From Hypanus sabinus (taxonomy: Eukaryota): a stretch of 64,000 bases of DNA. Position numbers and translations under genes: made by a program. Where the stretch lies: contig NC_082732.1 of the NCBI RefSeq assembly GCF_030144855.1, forward strand, positions 16,120,001-16,184,000, in the 5' to 3' direction. This document shows positions 1-12,538 of the stretch, in pieces. The notes under the pieces are model-generated. The model was not told the DNA's origin, did not search any database, and was given only the letters and a program-made list of their open reading frames with translations. How positions within the stretch are numbered: the first letter of the stretch is position 1; every line of letters starts with the position of its first letter.

Positions 1-724
1 GTGATGTCACTGATGCTGCTTTTTTCTTATTTAAATGACAAATATCTGAGGAAAGCCAATCACAAAATCTCTATGCTACTTTGATTAAAATGGAAGCACA
101 CTTAAAATGGAAAATCAACAAGCTGAACTCAACATTTTAGTTTGCCCTAGAGTTCTCTATTTAATGATTAAAATGCATCAATGCATTTGTTAAAGTAAAT
201 GAGACAGACAAAATGAAGCTAATTGATTAACAATTATTCTCAGATATAGAAAAACAATGTTTGAATTCAATTAGGTATAGCAGAGGGATAACTATTTTCT
301 CCTGAAAGTATCCAACGTAAAAAAATAGAAAATTATTTTAAAAAGTTGAACAATTTTCTTCTCCAGCAAAGGTTCTCAGTTCAGAATGCCTCAGATATTA
401 ATGACAGGAAGCATGTCACAGGATCCTCGAGCCATTCCTATCATCACACTGAACAACCAAGTGCAACTCCGTCACAACACAACTCACAATCATCATACAA
501 ATTGCTCTCAATGAAGTTGTCATAAAACATTTGCCTTTTACAATTAAAGTGTTATTTCCTACTGATAGCTCTTTGTTAGTATAGTTTTTAATTCAAACCA
601 GAGGAGAAAATAATCACATGAAATCAAGTCCAAGATATTACAAAGTAAGAACGAATTAATAACTGTCAAAACATATACATATGTATATACTGGTTATACA
701 AATGCAAGTGCCGTTTCCTAAAGT

Positions 725-880
725 CAGAAAGTGCTGAAAATACTCAGCAAGTCAGGCAGCATCTGTGGAGAGTAGAACAAAATTAACGTTTCAGGTCATT
801 GACCCATCATTAGATCTCTTCCCAGATTCCGTTGACTTGCTGATTTTTTTCCGATTTCATAGCGCATGCCATTTTTGTAT
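725..880. mobile_element. Old Penelope-derived inverted element with degenerate hammerhead core
   Basis: Inverted arms (ctcagcaagtca...atctg / cagattccgttgacttgctga). The minus strand reads CTAATGA-TGGGTC-AAT-GACCT-GAAAC-GTT. Confidence 0.55.
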
Positions 881-938
881 GAGTTTACTCTTTGCAGTAA
901 TGTTTCATCGTATCCAGAGAGATACTGGTCCCTGCTAC

Positions 939-1073
939 TCATGGTTCTATGGTAACACTACTGTTGGTGACGCGGATTCCATACCATCCTGCCCAGAATT
1001 GTGTGTCCTTCCCTTCATGTGAAAAGTGAACGTATCGAACACCAGGCCCATAGTCTTTGAAAACATGGACGAT
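939..1073 (-). CDS. FBXO6: FBXO6-like (FBXO2/6/44 family) last coding exon, FBA domain C-terminus
   Basis: Minus strand reads ttttacag|IVHVFKDYGPGVRYVHFSHEGKDTQFWAGWYGIRVTNSSVTIEP* (TGA at 939-941), the typical FBA C-terminal motif. Phase 0, 135 nt. The exact paralogue assignment is uncertain. Confidence 0.93.
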   Translation of the reverse strand: MVHVFKDYGPGVRYVHFSHEGKDTQFWAGWYGIRVTNSSVTIEP

Positions 1074-1135
1074 CTGTAAAACAAAAGCTATTGTTAAATA
1101 GCTATTGTACAGTGTACAAGAATAATTCTAACCTA

Positions 1136-1615
1136 CATTCAGTAGCTACTTTTATTAAGTACACCTGTGCATCTAATCAGCCATGCAATATATAAAAGCA
1201 TGCAGGTAAGGTCAAGAGGTTCAGACCAAACATCAGAATGGGGAAGAAATGTGATCCAAGTGACTTTGGCTGTGGATTGTTGGTGCCAGATGGGGTGGTT
1301 TGAGTACCTCAGAAACTGTTAATCTTCTGGGATTTTCAAGGACATCGGTCTCTGGAGTTTACAGAGAATGGTGCAAAAAAACAGAAAGCACCCAGTGAAC
1401 AGTAGTTCTGTGGGTGGAAACACCTTGTTAATGAGACAGGTCAGGGGAGAATGGCCAGACTAGCTCAAGCTGAAAGGAAGGCAACAAAAACTCAAAAGGT
1501 GTGCAAAACAGCATCTCTGAATGCACTACATGTCAAACCTTGAAGTGGACGGACTACAGCAGCAGAAGACCACACTGGGTTCAAATCCTGTACCTAATAA
1601 AGTGGCTACTGAGTG
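1136..1615 (+). mobile_element. Tc1/mariner-like non-autonomous DNA transposon
   Basis: Terminal inverted repeats cattcagtagctactt(t)tattaagtac ... gtacctaataaagtggctactgagtg, with TA on the left; homologous to 53492-54014. Confidence 0.8.
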
Positions 1616-2230
1616 CATATTTTGCACTATAAGGATCGTGTAGACTGCAAGTATAAAGGTTACTTAAATTGGAACATCCTGAGTAATGGCATGGTGGGGT
1701 CACGTGACCAGCCTAAGCAAAGTTCAGTGAACTCTTCTAACAGCTGGACAACACTGAAGGAATTTACAGCTCCCAGCCTTTCTTGCAGGGGTTAGGAGAC
1801 ATCAATTAAAATCCCCAAAAAAATGGAAGCTTGGAACCAAAAAAAGCATCCACAACAAGCAAGAAAAAGAACAATACCTTCTAAAGTTGAATAGTTGGCC
1901 TAAGCCAGCTGTGGACCTTCAGGCCAGAAAGTGGTCAAATCAGGGAAAGGAAAGAGGGGAGCTGTGGGAGCCTGTGAAGGGAAAGGCAAACGGGGAAAGG
2001 AGTGGGGCAAGAGTCAAATAAAAATGTGGAAACTGACAGGAATGTGATGAAAGAGGAAGAGGGAAAAATGGAATGGAAGGGGTTTACCACATGTGATATT
2101 TTGGAGACACCACTGGCTGAGCATTAAAAAAACACCGCTCCATGCCTTGGTATTTCTCTTCTTGTTAACATAAGCATGCAGAGATGAAAAAAGAAACACC
2201 TTCTTGGATACAATTAATTAAATTCTGTAC

Positions 2231-2366
2231 CTCACTCCATTTTGCATCACTCCACTGGGGGATTCTAATCTTCTTCGACTCAAATTTATCAATAATGGAC
2301 TTTGTTTCAGAAAGCAGAGAGACGTATAACTTGTAAATACAGCCACAGTCATTTCTTGCTGCATAC
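2231..2366 (-). CDS. FBXO6: FBXO6-like coding exon 4
   Basis: cag|(W)YAARNDCGCIYKLYVSLLSETKSIIDKFESKKIRIPQWSDAKWSE|gtac; 136 nt, phase 2-0, in frame with its neighbours. Confidence 0.93.
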
Positions 2367-2584
2367 CTGATACCAATATAGAAAGTTAGTGTGACAATGC
2401 ATCAATAGTCTAACTCCCTCTCAACCTTCATCAGAGTAATGCCCCAAGGTTGCAGAAGGACTTACAGCACAGAAACAGGCCAATCTGCCCAAATGCAAAG
2501 CCAGGACTTTAGCTCCTCCGAGCCCTCATTTCTTTTAATCCAGTACTGAATGAAAGCCTCATTTGTTCACACCGGGTGAAATAT

Positions 2585-2995
2585 GAAAGGCAGCTTCCAT
2601 TATTAAGGACCTCAGCACCTAGGGCGTGCCCTTTTCTCACTGTTACCATCAGGTAGGAGATACAGAAGCCTGAAGGCACACACTCAGTGATTCAGGAACA
2701 GCTTCTTCCCCTCTGCCATCCAATTCCTAAATAGATATTGAATCTTTGGACACTACCTCACTTTTCTTTAATTACAGTATTTCTGATTTTGCACTTTAAA
2801 AAAAAATCTATTCAATATACATATATTATAATTAATTTACTTATTTATTTTTATTACAATAAAAACTATTATTATTTTATTATTATTATTATTTAGTATT
2901 TTTTTTCTCTGCTAGATTATGTATTGCATAAAATTGCCGCTGCTAAGTTAACAAATTTCACATCACATGTTGGTGATAATAATTGATTCTGATAT
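2585..2995 (+). mobile_element. Rex1/Babar-type LINE 3' end
   Basis: Decayed C-terminus ...ALFSLLPSGRRYRSLKAHTQ*FRNSFFPSAI.FLN followed by an AT-rich tail; many homologues in the window. Confidence 0.75.
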
Positions 2996-3506
2996 GCCTC
3001 CACACTATAAATGCCCGATGACTTAAGAGGGCATTTCCTTTTAAGTTGCAGTTGACCCAAAGACTGTTCAAAGCCCTGTGGCCAGAAATTCTAACTTGTC
3101 AAGTATAACATCTTATTTGTTTTTACTTTTTTCTGTGTACCTTCTAGCTAAACCACTTCAATAATATTAAAGGATCAGGAATTCCTGCAATCCTCCCTTA
3201 TTCCTGGGATCACTAGTCTAGTTTGGGAATTAATATATAACCTAAGCTCTACATCCTTCAGTTCTCTTACAACATTGACAATGTAATACTGTGTACACTT
3301 TCCAAGTTACAACTGATTTTTGCATGACCATTCTATTTACCTTCACAACACAATCAGAGTTCACATCCAAACCTTATCCATCCTTGCATATTGATAAACC
3401 AAGCCAAACTCTTTTTTTTTTTTGCGAAAAATTTAACCCTTTGAGTTCCATTTTAACTTGCATGACATTGAAACAATTATTCCTGAATGTAAGGGTCATT
3501 ACTCAC

Positions 3507-3602
3507 CAATCTTTTACAACAATTTTAGGTTGAATTATATCAAGCAAATGGCCCCACAGTCCATTTTCCACTAAATCAATGATCTGAGATTTACGGCATA
3601 AC
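3507..3602 (-). CDS. FBXO6: FBXO6-like coding exon 3
   Basis: cag|LCRKSQIIDLVENGLWGHLLDIIQPKIVVKDW|gtgagt; 96 nt, phase 2-2. Confidence 0.93.
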
Positions 3603-3947
3603 CTGCCAATAAAGAAGAGCACAATAAGACTCATTTAGAATGTGCATTTTGATATCACCTTTCATAGCTTCAAATCACCCCAAAGGAAATTCAGAAGAAA
3701 CTTCTCTGCCCAAAGTGCAATATGAATGTGGGAGTAGTTGGGGCAAACTGTGGAGATTAAATGTGATTGGGGGGGGGGGGGGGAGTTGAACAAACTCACA
3801 TGGGAGAAGGGAAGAAATTCAAAGGCAATACATTGGATGTGACTCTACTGAAGTCACCTTGATGAAGATGAAGCAATTGCACTGGCAGAAGCCATGAAAA
3901 CATCAGCAAGGAGGAAGAGCAAAGGGATTCTGCAATGAAGCTCTTAC

Positions 3948-4074
3948 CCATAAGATGTCACAAAGTATTTATTTATATCTTTGTTAGGAATGTCAGATGA
4001 ATGGGACTCCGCCAATTTTTCAATGTTCCACCGATCACCTCCATTAATATCAATGGTCCAATGCTGAAAACCCT
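3948..4074 (-). CDS. FBXO6: FBXO6-like coding exon 2
   Basis: cag|(E)GFQHWTIDINGGDRWNIEKLAESHSSDIPNKDINKYFVTSYG|gtaag; 127 nt, phase 1-2. Confidence 0.93.
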
Positions 4075-5255
4075 CTGTAGGAAGAGAAAATGGCAATGAG
4101 AAAATGAACTCATGGATCATAGTCCATCATATTGTGTCCCACTGCTACGTAGTCATTCCTTCATTCAAGCTGAGTGGCATGCAAACGCATCTACAGCAGA
4201 CCTACACCTGGGCAAACCATTGTCTAAAGTTGCCCCTAATATAGCTGGGAGGCAGGAGTACTGGGGAGGTCAAAGTGGGGTGGAAGAGTTGATGGGTGTA
4301 TGGGAGAAGAGTAGTGCTTTGTTGCTGTAGTGGGAGGTGCTCATCTAAGCTCAGGACCTAGCTGTAAACAGGCAGCAGAATATTAGTATTAAGCTACGAC
4401 ACAACAAAGAGGGATCTTGCACTTACACAGCACCCTTCAACTATTAAGTGTAGCCACTTCTGTAACGTAGGAAACACAACAGCCCATGTGCACATAGCAA
4501 GATCCCATAAAGCAACATCATCTTTGACAATTGTGTTACAATGGGCTGAAAGAACTTGTCCAAAATTTCCTGTCCATCATTATAATTAGGAAGAGAAGGC
4601 GCCAATTTCAATAGAAGCCGTGTTAAATATCATGTTATATACCTTGTTCTGTTAACATTTCCCTTAATCTTTTTAGTAAGGTGTAGATTTCAGTCCCTAG
4701 TTAAGTTTTTAATTGATCCCAGGCAACATGGAAGACCAGAGAGCAAGTGAAAAGAGATTACTTATGATGGGCAAATCACAATTATTCTTGTTATGAGGTT
4801 GTTGTCAAGAGTTGGAATGTTATTATTCTGTGGAGTGGGCATGGGTTTAGTTGCAATGTGCTAGATTACAAGAGACTAAGATGTAAAGACATGATTTATT
4901 TCTTTAGAATGGTAACTAAGATACATCGATTTAGCTTGGTTCGAAGGAGAGATGAGAAAAAGTTGTTCCACTTAGTGGTGGGAGGACTGTAACTCACTGA
5001 CTGAAATGGTGGTGGGAGCAGGAGCCCTCGTCATGGTGATGACATAAAAGGTGATTACTTAAGGAGGCATGAACTCCAGAACAATGGGCCAAAAACAGGA
5101 TTTACCCAAGAACAATTTTGGCCACTAGCTCACTAGCTTCTATGTGCTTCTCCAGGGCAAATATAGTCAAAATGTATTCAGTTAAAATCTCACTCATTTC
5201 CTGTGTCTCTACGTAGATTACTACACTGGTTACTATGGAAACCTACTCTCTGGCT

Positions 5256-5321
5256 CAGGGGTCCATGGGCCCCTTGTTAACTGGTATTGGTCCACGGCAT
5301 AAAATAGGTCTGGAACCCCTG
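5256..5321. mobile_element. hAT-like MITE inside old CR1 debris (~5340-5830)
   Basis: TIR caggggt...acccctg; related to 52253-52340. Confidence 0.45.
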
Positions 5322-6113
5322 CAGTCTAGCTAGTTATCCTCAAAGAATTTGTAAGAATTCTCCTTTTATCTCACCTGTCAGGGACATCACGTTGCCCCTT
5401 TGTGGTCCTAATTGCTTTCTTAATTGTACTATATTCCTTATATTAACTAAGAGACTTGCATGATCCAAGCTACCAGTATCTGACCAGAGCTTCAATACGC
5501 CACAACCCAGAATTCCCTTTACTCTAATTTGGGTACGTTGGTCCTCAACTCTTCCTGTCTCATTTTTAAAAGCCTCCCATTTGCGCGACATCACTTTAAC
5601 TGCAAACATCTCCCAGACAATTCTTCTGATTTCCTGTCAGATACCATCAAAACCTAGCACTTTAAATTGAGGTCTACTCCTATCTTTCTCCATAACTACC
5701 TTGAAGCAAATAGAAATACGGTCACTATTCCCAATGACACAACAGCCCTTGAGCAGTCTCATTTCCTACCGATATTGAGTCTAGCCCTTCCCCTAGTCAG
5801 GCCTCTACATATTGTTTCAGAAAACATTCTTGGATGCATTTAGCAAATGCTCTCAGCATTATTTATAGCAAAATTTTACAAAGAATTGATATCAAATATG
5901 CTGTTCAACCTGCATTCATAGATCTTCAAGCAATACATGAAAAGCTGGAGGAGTTCAGAAGGTCAGGCAGTATCAATGAAGGGAAATGGACAATCGATGT
6001 CAGTGTTTCTATTTTGCAGGAACCCAGCTGATTACTTGACTCTCTAAAACCGTGTTTTGAACCCAAACAAATATCACACAACAGAGATCCAGAGAAAATT
6101 AAATAGTACTTAC

Positions 6114-6372
6114 CTTCAGCACTAGGGTTTTTTAGCAGGTTTCTCTTAAAAGGATGAAGGAAGTAAAATTTCTTCCAGTCCTGTGGGAATACATCCCAAT
6201 CTCTTTTAAAGTATCCTTCTCGAATACACATCCGTTTCCAAATGTGCACCTTGTCCACCAACTCCTTCCAAACTCGGCAGACGAGGCGGCATGTCAAAAC
6301 TAACTCACGAGCAGGGATATAGGACAGAAGCACCACCAAAACATCCTCATGTAAATCTCCGATGGTGACCAT
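6114..6372 (-). CDS. FBXO6: FBXO6-like coding exon 1 (F-box domain)
   Basis: ATG at 6372; F-box LHEDVLVVLLSYIPARELVLTCRLVCRVWKELVD, then RNLLKNPSAE G|gtaagt. An acceptor at 6441-6443 implies a 68-nt 5'UTR portion with an in-frame upstream stop. Joined CDS is 753 nt = 250 aa. Confidence 0.93.
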
Positions 6373-6624
6373 GCCTCAAGAGGGGTAGGATGTTCTCCAC
6401 CCACACCAAACCCAAGCTCAAACGTCTTTCCAGCTGTAACCTGAATAGGACAGAGAAAGGTAAGATTTCCATTCAAAAGTTTTGCATCTTCTCCACCATC
6501 AAACATCTCTGCCTTAAGATCCTGCTTCAAAACCTTGAACCAAACAGCACAAATGTTTACTCTAGCTCAGTAATAACGAAGTGCCACACTGTCAGAGGCA
6601 CCTTTCAGAAAAAAAATGGTCAGC

Positions 6625-6910
6625 CATAGTGTCGAAGTACAGCACAACAGACCCATCAGCCCATCTAGTCTGTGCTGAAACCACTTAAACTGCCTGCTCT
6701 CATCAAACCGCACCCCGACCATAGCCCTCCGTATCGCTACTATCAAGGTACCTACCCAAACTTTGCTTAAACGTTGAAATTGAGCTTGCATGCACCACTT
6801 GTGCTGGCACATCATTCCACACTCTCACAGCACTCTGAGTGAAGAAGTTCCCTTTAAACTTTTCACCTTTCACCCTTAACCCTTTACCTCTGGTTGCAGT
6901 CCCACTATAG
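6625..6910 (-). mobile_element. CR1 LINE 3' end
   Basis: Reverse-strand CR1 ORF2 C-terminal remnant plus the gggtctgttgtgctgta-type tail. Confidence 0.7.
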
Positions 6911-7294
6911 TCCCATTTGACTTAACAGATCCATTAAGCAACTCTGAAAATGCTTAAATGCATTTATCCCTGAAACAACACCAAAAAAAATGCCACCTCA
7001 ACATTTGGGGGGAGCTTGCTGAATGCAAATTGATGGTTTAATTTGCATATCTGCGACTGCCTGGCAGAGGCACATAATTAGTTCCTAAACTCATTAGGCT
7101 TTGAGGTTATGAAGAACACTACACACATTCTATCACAACTTATACTCATACAAGGCATTTAATACAGGAAAAGTGAACCACAAGGAGACATTGTTGGCAA
7201 AAATATTTGTCAAAACTAAAAGTTTTAATTAAAGTGCCCAAGGAGAGAAGCAGAAAGGTGATCAGATTCAGACTGGGAATTCTAGAACAGCTTT

Positions 7295-7765
7295 GTCGAT
7301 CCTGAAAGCCCATAGCTTTTGTCAAAGCTAGAGACCAGCCACAGCCTCAGAAACCTCCAAGCAGGCGGTCATAGAAGAACTGACAGTACCTTTGGAAGAT
7401 CAGATTGAGGAGGTGTGTGAGTGCAAGAAAGCCAAATACCAGGAGCTGGTAGAGCAGTGGTGGAGGCACTATGTGAGCCTATCGAGGAGGGGTGTTGAGG
7501 TTTTGCTGGCTGCTTGCAGTGCAAAACCTACCCTCTCCTTGGCATTAAAGGGGCTGCAAAGAGCCATCAGGACTGTCACAGAGACTGCTGAGCAAGCCTC
7601 TAGACTCCAATGGAACAGGAGGAGCGACCTGAGGACCGATGTTGCTAGGACACAAACCAAGGCCTGATCAATCCTGGCTGGGTTGCCTGGGCGACGTGTT
7701 TGATGTTGAAAGAGCAAAAACACCCGGATACATCACTGATGATGTGTCCCAGCGCTTCCTAGGAT
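7295..7765 (+). mobile_element. HERO/R2-group non-LTR retrotransposon 3' fragment (restriction-like endonuclease region)
   Basis: ELTVPLEDQIEEVCECKKAKYQELVEQ...RAIRTVTETAEQASRL matches the ELTVPWE..EE..E.K..KY..L motif of REL-type elements. Confidence 0.65.
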
Positions 7766-7969
7766 GTACCTCAGCTAAGGCACAGTCAAAGTTAGTGACA
7801 TCTTTAAAATAAAGAGAGCAAAAGTGACCAGAATTGGAGGATCGCAGAGTTCTGGAAAGGATGTAGTGCTTTTGAAGGCTATGAATATACTGACTGACGA
7901 GGCCAAAGAGGAATACAAAACCATTAAATGGTTGGAAGCAAGCAGATGACATTGGGCAGCACACTGCAC

Positions 7970-8250
7970 CTGCTGCTCCCTCACAGCTCTGCTGATGTCG
8001 AGTTCAACCTGATCGGAAACACTGCGTGGAGCTGGTATGTTTGGCCTGTGATATCATGGATTTACTTCAAATTTCTTCCCTCATCTTAAAGATGTGAGTT
8101 TCAATGTAAGTTCCCCGAGTATGAATGATAGAATCTGAGGTGAGTTGAGGTCAAAGTGGGTAAAATAAAATGGACTCAGATAAGATTAGTAATAAAATGG
8201 ATGCCTGACAATCGTCTTAGAGGAATGAAGTGCCTGTATCTGAGCTATAT
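7970..8250 (+). mobile_element. Degenerate tRNA-derived V-SINE (HE1-like)
   Basis: ctcacagctc...gagttcaacctga...tgcgtggag...tcatcttaaagatgtg, similar to 28715-29075. Confidence 0.5.
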
Positions 8251-9190
8251 TTCTCCATTATTTTGCAATCAGGCAGAGAAGGAGTTACTGCTTCAGGTGA
8301 AGAGTCTTTGATCAGAAATGTTAACTCTGTTTTTGTCTCCACAAGCGTTGCCCGACCCCGAGCGTTTCCAACATTTTCTGCTCATGTTTCACATCTCCAG
8401 TATCCGCATACTTTTTTTAAAATTTTCAAGACAAAAGGGAGAACTGTAACACAGGATGATAATTTTTAAAACAATGAATTATTGAACTGGGAATCAAATT
8501 AGGTCAACGGGCTTGGTGTAAAGGGTGAGAACAGTGTGGGATAGATGACAGACAGTGGGAGACAAAGATAACAGGGAGAAGCCACCCAGGTCATTAATGA
8601 ACTAGTCAAGGCTGGAAAGAAAGCTGAAAGGGAATTATATGCCTTCCACAAATTCTGAAAGTCTCAAACTACTTTCAGATTAAACAACTGAGGTCTGGTT
8701 ATTGCTGTTTCAGTGAAAACGTCGCAGCTGATTTAACAAAGTAAGGTCACAGTCATGTGATTAAAAACTAGGAACACCTTTTGGTTACAAAGTTGTGTTT
8801 CACTTCTAGAGATTAAAGAGCTGTTCTTGAATAAGTTAAACTTCCAAGCAATATTCTTTGTTCAGCTTGTTGTCGTAAATGAGAGCCAGTCTTCAGTTCG
8901 TCATATAACTGGCAAGCAGTAATCAATCTGAAGTTAAAAGGACAGCTTTGCAAACAAGCACCACTATCTGTAGAGCAGAAGTGCTGGCACACAAGAAGTA
9001 CAGCGTCAGACAATGAGGCTATGTTAATTGGACTTGTATCAAACCGGACAATACTTGCAAAATTATTTAGTTCATGGAAGCTTGCAGACCAGATTGATAT
9101 TATCATTTCACGTATCAAATAGCTTATTTATTAATAGTTGGTAGGTCTGTATGCTCAAAGGGTCAGCTTCTCAGCAGTAATTGTGGTTAC

Positions 9191-9245
9191 CAGGTAAATC
9201 TTTTCCCAGAAGCTTTTAGATCACTTTTGCGTAACGGTGCAGTAT
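9191..9245 (-). other. Possible non-coding 5'UTR exon of the FBXO6-like gene
   Basis: Minus-strand acceptor ttttttttcag and donor CTG|gtaacc flank 55 nt. Splice signals are the only evidence. Confidence 0.3.
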
Positions 9246-10389
9246 CTGAAAAAAAATATCACATGAGTGTTAATTCACCAACGTGGCAGATAAACTATAA
9301 ATAATTGTGAGCAGTCAGGTTTTTTTTAGGAGCGGTCCAAGAAGATCGAGAAGAATGACAGAAATATGGGGTGAATTAGAATCCATTCCTCTGCCTTCAG
9401 TTTCTGTGACGAGCGATACGTCATCTGCATCTCGTTGGTGTGTCTTTTTATCTTGTAGGAATAGTGCCTGTATTTTGGAAGTCCTTTGTTTTAGAAATCA
9501 TTTGTAATTTGGAAATCTAGAAGATTTCCAATCTAAATCTTCTAGAATGATAGAAGTCCTCTGTGAAGTTTTAAATGTGTCATAAGAATATTACTTAAGT
9601 TTAAATGTATATCACTAAAAATAAATGGGCTGTGTTTAAACTACTTTGTTAGCTGTTAGCTGGAAGCATTTCCTCTTGGTAGGGAGGGGTGACCCACCGT
9701 TCAAATAGTGGTTATAGGTAGAGAGACTCTTCTTGGAAGATAAACAGGGAAGTGAACTAGCCTTTGAAGAGTATGTAGCTACAGTACAACCTCGTTTAGT
9801 GAGGGTACCCATAACTACCTATATTAGATAGGACTTAAGGTCTTGAGTTTAGAACATTGAAGTCAGAAAACCCAATACCATCACACAATAAGGTCAAATG
9901 CTAGTCCAAAAAGTTAGAACCATAGGATCTAAGACAAAATGGAAAACTAGGTCCAAAGATGGCTTGGTTAATAGGAAACTGAAACTAAGATGAAGAGGTG
10001 AATAGGTGACTATATATAGCACAGGGATTGGTGTTGGGACTGTTGTTTATTATAGGCATTAATAATTTGAAAGCAAATGTAGTAACTATGATTAATAAGC
10101 TTGAGATTACACGAAAAGTGGGTGGGTTCTGGATAGTGAAGAGCAATATTGATTAGGTGGTGAATCGGGCAAACAAAAAACAGATGGAAGTTAATTCTGA
10201 TTAATACTAGGAGGTCTAAAAAGGGTAGGATATACACCATGAACAGTGGGGCCCCAGGGAATTTTTGGGGAACAAAGAGGCCTTGGTATCCAACTCCATT
10301 GACCCCTAAAGATGGGAAGTAAAATAAGTGGTAAATACAAGCCATGACTACCTGGGACATGGAATATCAGAGCACAGAAATCATTGTTG

Positions 10390-11132
10390 GTAATGATAGG
10401 GCATTGAAGAATGCAGTAGAAGAGAGTGATCTAGGAATAATGGTGCATAGTTACCTGAAGGTGGAATCTCATGTGGATAGGGTGGTGAAGAAAGCTTTTT
10501 GTATGCTGGCCTTTATAAATCAGAGCATTGAGTATAGGAGTTGGGATGTAATGTTAAAATTGTACAAGACATTGGTAAGGATGAATTTGGAGTATTGTGT
10601 ACAGTTCTGGTTACCGCATTATAGGAAAGATATCAACAAAATAGAGAGAGTACTTTGAAGATTTACTAGAATGTTACCTGAGTTTCAGCACCCAAGTTAC
10701 AGGGAAAAGTTGAACAAGTTAGGTCTTTATTCTTTGGAGTGTAGAAGGTTGAGGGGGGACTTGATAGAGGTATTTAAAATTATGAGGGGGGAAAGATAGA
10801 GTTGATGTGGATAGGCTTTTTCCATTGAGAGTGGGGGAGATTCAAACAAGAGGACATAAGTTGAGAGTTAGGGGGCAAAAGTTTAAAGGTAACACGAGGG
10901 GGAATTTCTTTACTCAGAAAGTGGTAGCTGTGTGGAACGAGCTTCCAGTAGAAGTGGTAGAGGCAGGTTCGGTATTGTCATTTAAAGTAAAATTAGATAG
11001 GTATATGGACAGGAAAGGAATGGAAGGTTATGGGCTGTGTGCAGGCCAGTGGGAATAGGTGAGAGTAAGCGTTCGATGGACTTGAAGGGCCGAGATGGCC
11101 TGTTTCTGTGTTGAAATTGTTAAATGGTTATA
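10390..11132 (+). mobile_element. CR1 LINE 3' portion nested in an older CR1 (~9600-11440)
   Basis: ORF2 remnants LYKTLVRMNLEYCVQFW and TRGH...FFTQKVVAVWNELP plus a CR1 3' tail. Degenerate CR1 sequence continues on both sides. Confidence 0.85.
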
Positions 11133-11619
11133 GTTCATTTTTTTAAATCTTTGGCTAGGCAACAGCTGGAATATTGACTATGCTTCTAGTCACCAAATTA
11201 CAGGTAGTATGCCATTGCCCCAAAGATATAGAAGAGGTTCACTGAAAATTTTCCTGAAATGAAGTGTTTCAATTATGTGGAGAGAATGGATTGGCAAGAT
11301 TTATTGTCCTTGAGCCGAAGGGACAGACGATGAATTGCCAAAGTATAAATATAGTAACAGTACAGTATTAGTATATTGGGGTACAGGTTGGATCTACTGG
11401 GCCGTAAGGCCTGTTTTGTGCTGTCTGAGTCTCTAGCCATGATTTTAAGTAGTCACCATCCCTTCCGGGGGGGGGGGGGGTACGAGACTTCCACTTCCCC
11501 CAGCACCAGACCCATGTCCCGGAGCTCTCCCTCCTCACACTGCGGCCCAGCGACTTCACAGCAACTCTCCGGACATAGACTATGCCCCGGGCAGATTCAG
11601 TCATTATACCTGAACCCTG

Positions 11620-12260
11620 CCTGGTATATATCCGCTCCCTGCCCCGGGTCCCAGTGCTGTCTTGGCGCCGCCTACACCGGGTCCCGGCCTGGTGCATATC
11701 CGCTCCCTGCCCGGTGTATATCCGCTCCCTGCCCCGGGTCCCAGTGCTGTCTTGGCGCCGCCTACACCGGGTCCCGGCCTGGTGCATATCCGCTCCCTGC
11801 CCGGTGTATATCCGCTCCCTGCCCCGGGTCCCAGTGCTGTCTTGGCGCCGCCTACACCGGGTCCCTGCCCGGTGTATATCCGCTCCCTGCCCCGGGTCCC
11901 AGTGCTGTCTTGGCGCCGCCTACACCGGGTCCCGGCCTGGTGTATATCCGCTCCCTGCCCCGGGTCCCAGTGCTGTCTTGGCGCCGCCTACACCGGGTCC
12001 CGGCCTGGTGCATATCCGCTCCCTGCCCGGTGTATATCCGCTCCCTGCCCCGGGTCCCAGTGCTGTCTTGGCGCCGCCTACACCGGGTCCCGGCCTGGAC
12101 AACACCTGTTCCTTACCCCGTATAATCTGCCCCGGGTCCCAGTGCTGTCTTGGCGCCGCCTACACCGGGTCCCGGCCCGGACAACACCTGTTCCTTACCC
12201 CGTATAATCTGCCCCGGGTCCCGGTGCTGACCTGGCGCCGCCTACACCGGATCCCAGCCC
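11620..12260. repeat. GC/CpG-rich compound minisatellite
   Basis: Eight copies of the core cccgggtcccagtgctgtcttggcgccgcctacaccggg with alternating spacers; periods of 90, 68 and 82 bp. Confidence 0.95.
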
Positions 12261-12285
12261 GTTGCTTACCCTGCCGCTGCTTCCG

Positions 12286-12538
12286 TGTGGTGAACTACGT
12301 ATGCCCGGCTGGACACGCCCCCCACTGACGGCTCCTGTGGCTCCTCCCACTGGCCGTGGCCCCGCCCACTGACGTGGCCCCGCCCACTGACCCCGGTATA
12401 AAGGCGATCGAGGCCTGAGCCCGGCCCGCTGTCTGCCGGATGGTTCATGGTGGTGAACTACTGCTTGTTCCTTCTTCCAGTAAATAAAAGCCGATATTTC
12501 GCCTTCATGTCTTAGAGGGAGTTATTGATGGTGCATCA
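12286..12538 (+). mobile_element. 5' LTR of Gypsy-type retrotransposon
   Basis: TGTGGTGAAC...GTGCATCA; GC boxes, TATA (~12397), AATAAA (~12483); same termini as three solo LTRs in the window. Confidence 0.9.

Noticed and set aside
5926-6113. C-terminal extension of the 148-aa F-box ORF
   Set aside because: Read-through into the intron; a consensus donor at 6113 joins in frame to the downstream FBA exons.
8290-8410. Further hammerhead candidates (also 18570-18595, 59540-59590)
   Set aside because: PLE-derived, but core nucleotides are mutated or deleted, so they cannot be called ribozymes.
11368-12328. Long Pro/Cys/Arg-rich ORFs in several frames; superficial CRISPR-like periodicity
   Set aside because: These are products of a GC-rich tandem repeat. 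The spacers are themselves repeated, there are no cas genes, and the context is eukaryotic.
12529-12538. TGGTGCAT as a tRNA-Gly primer-binding site
   Set aside because: The match is only 8 nt, and the sequence (or a 1-nt variant) lies inside all three TSD-flanked solo LTRs, so it is LTR (U5), not a PBS.
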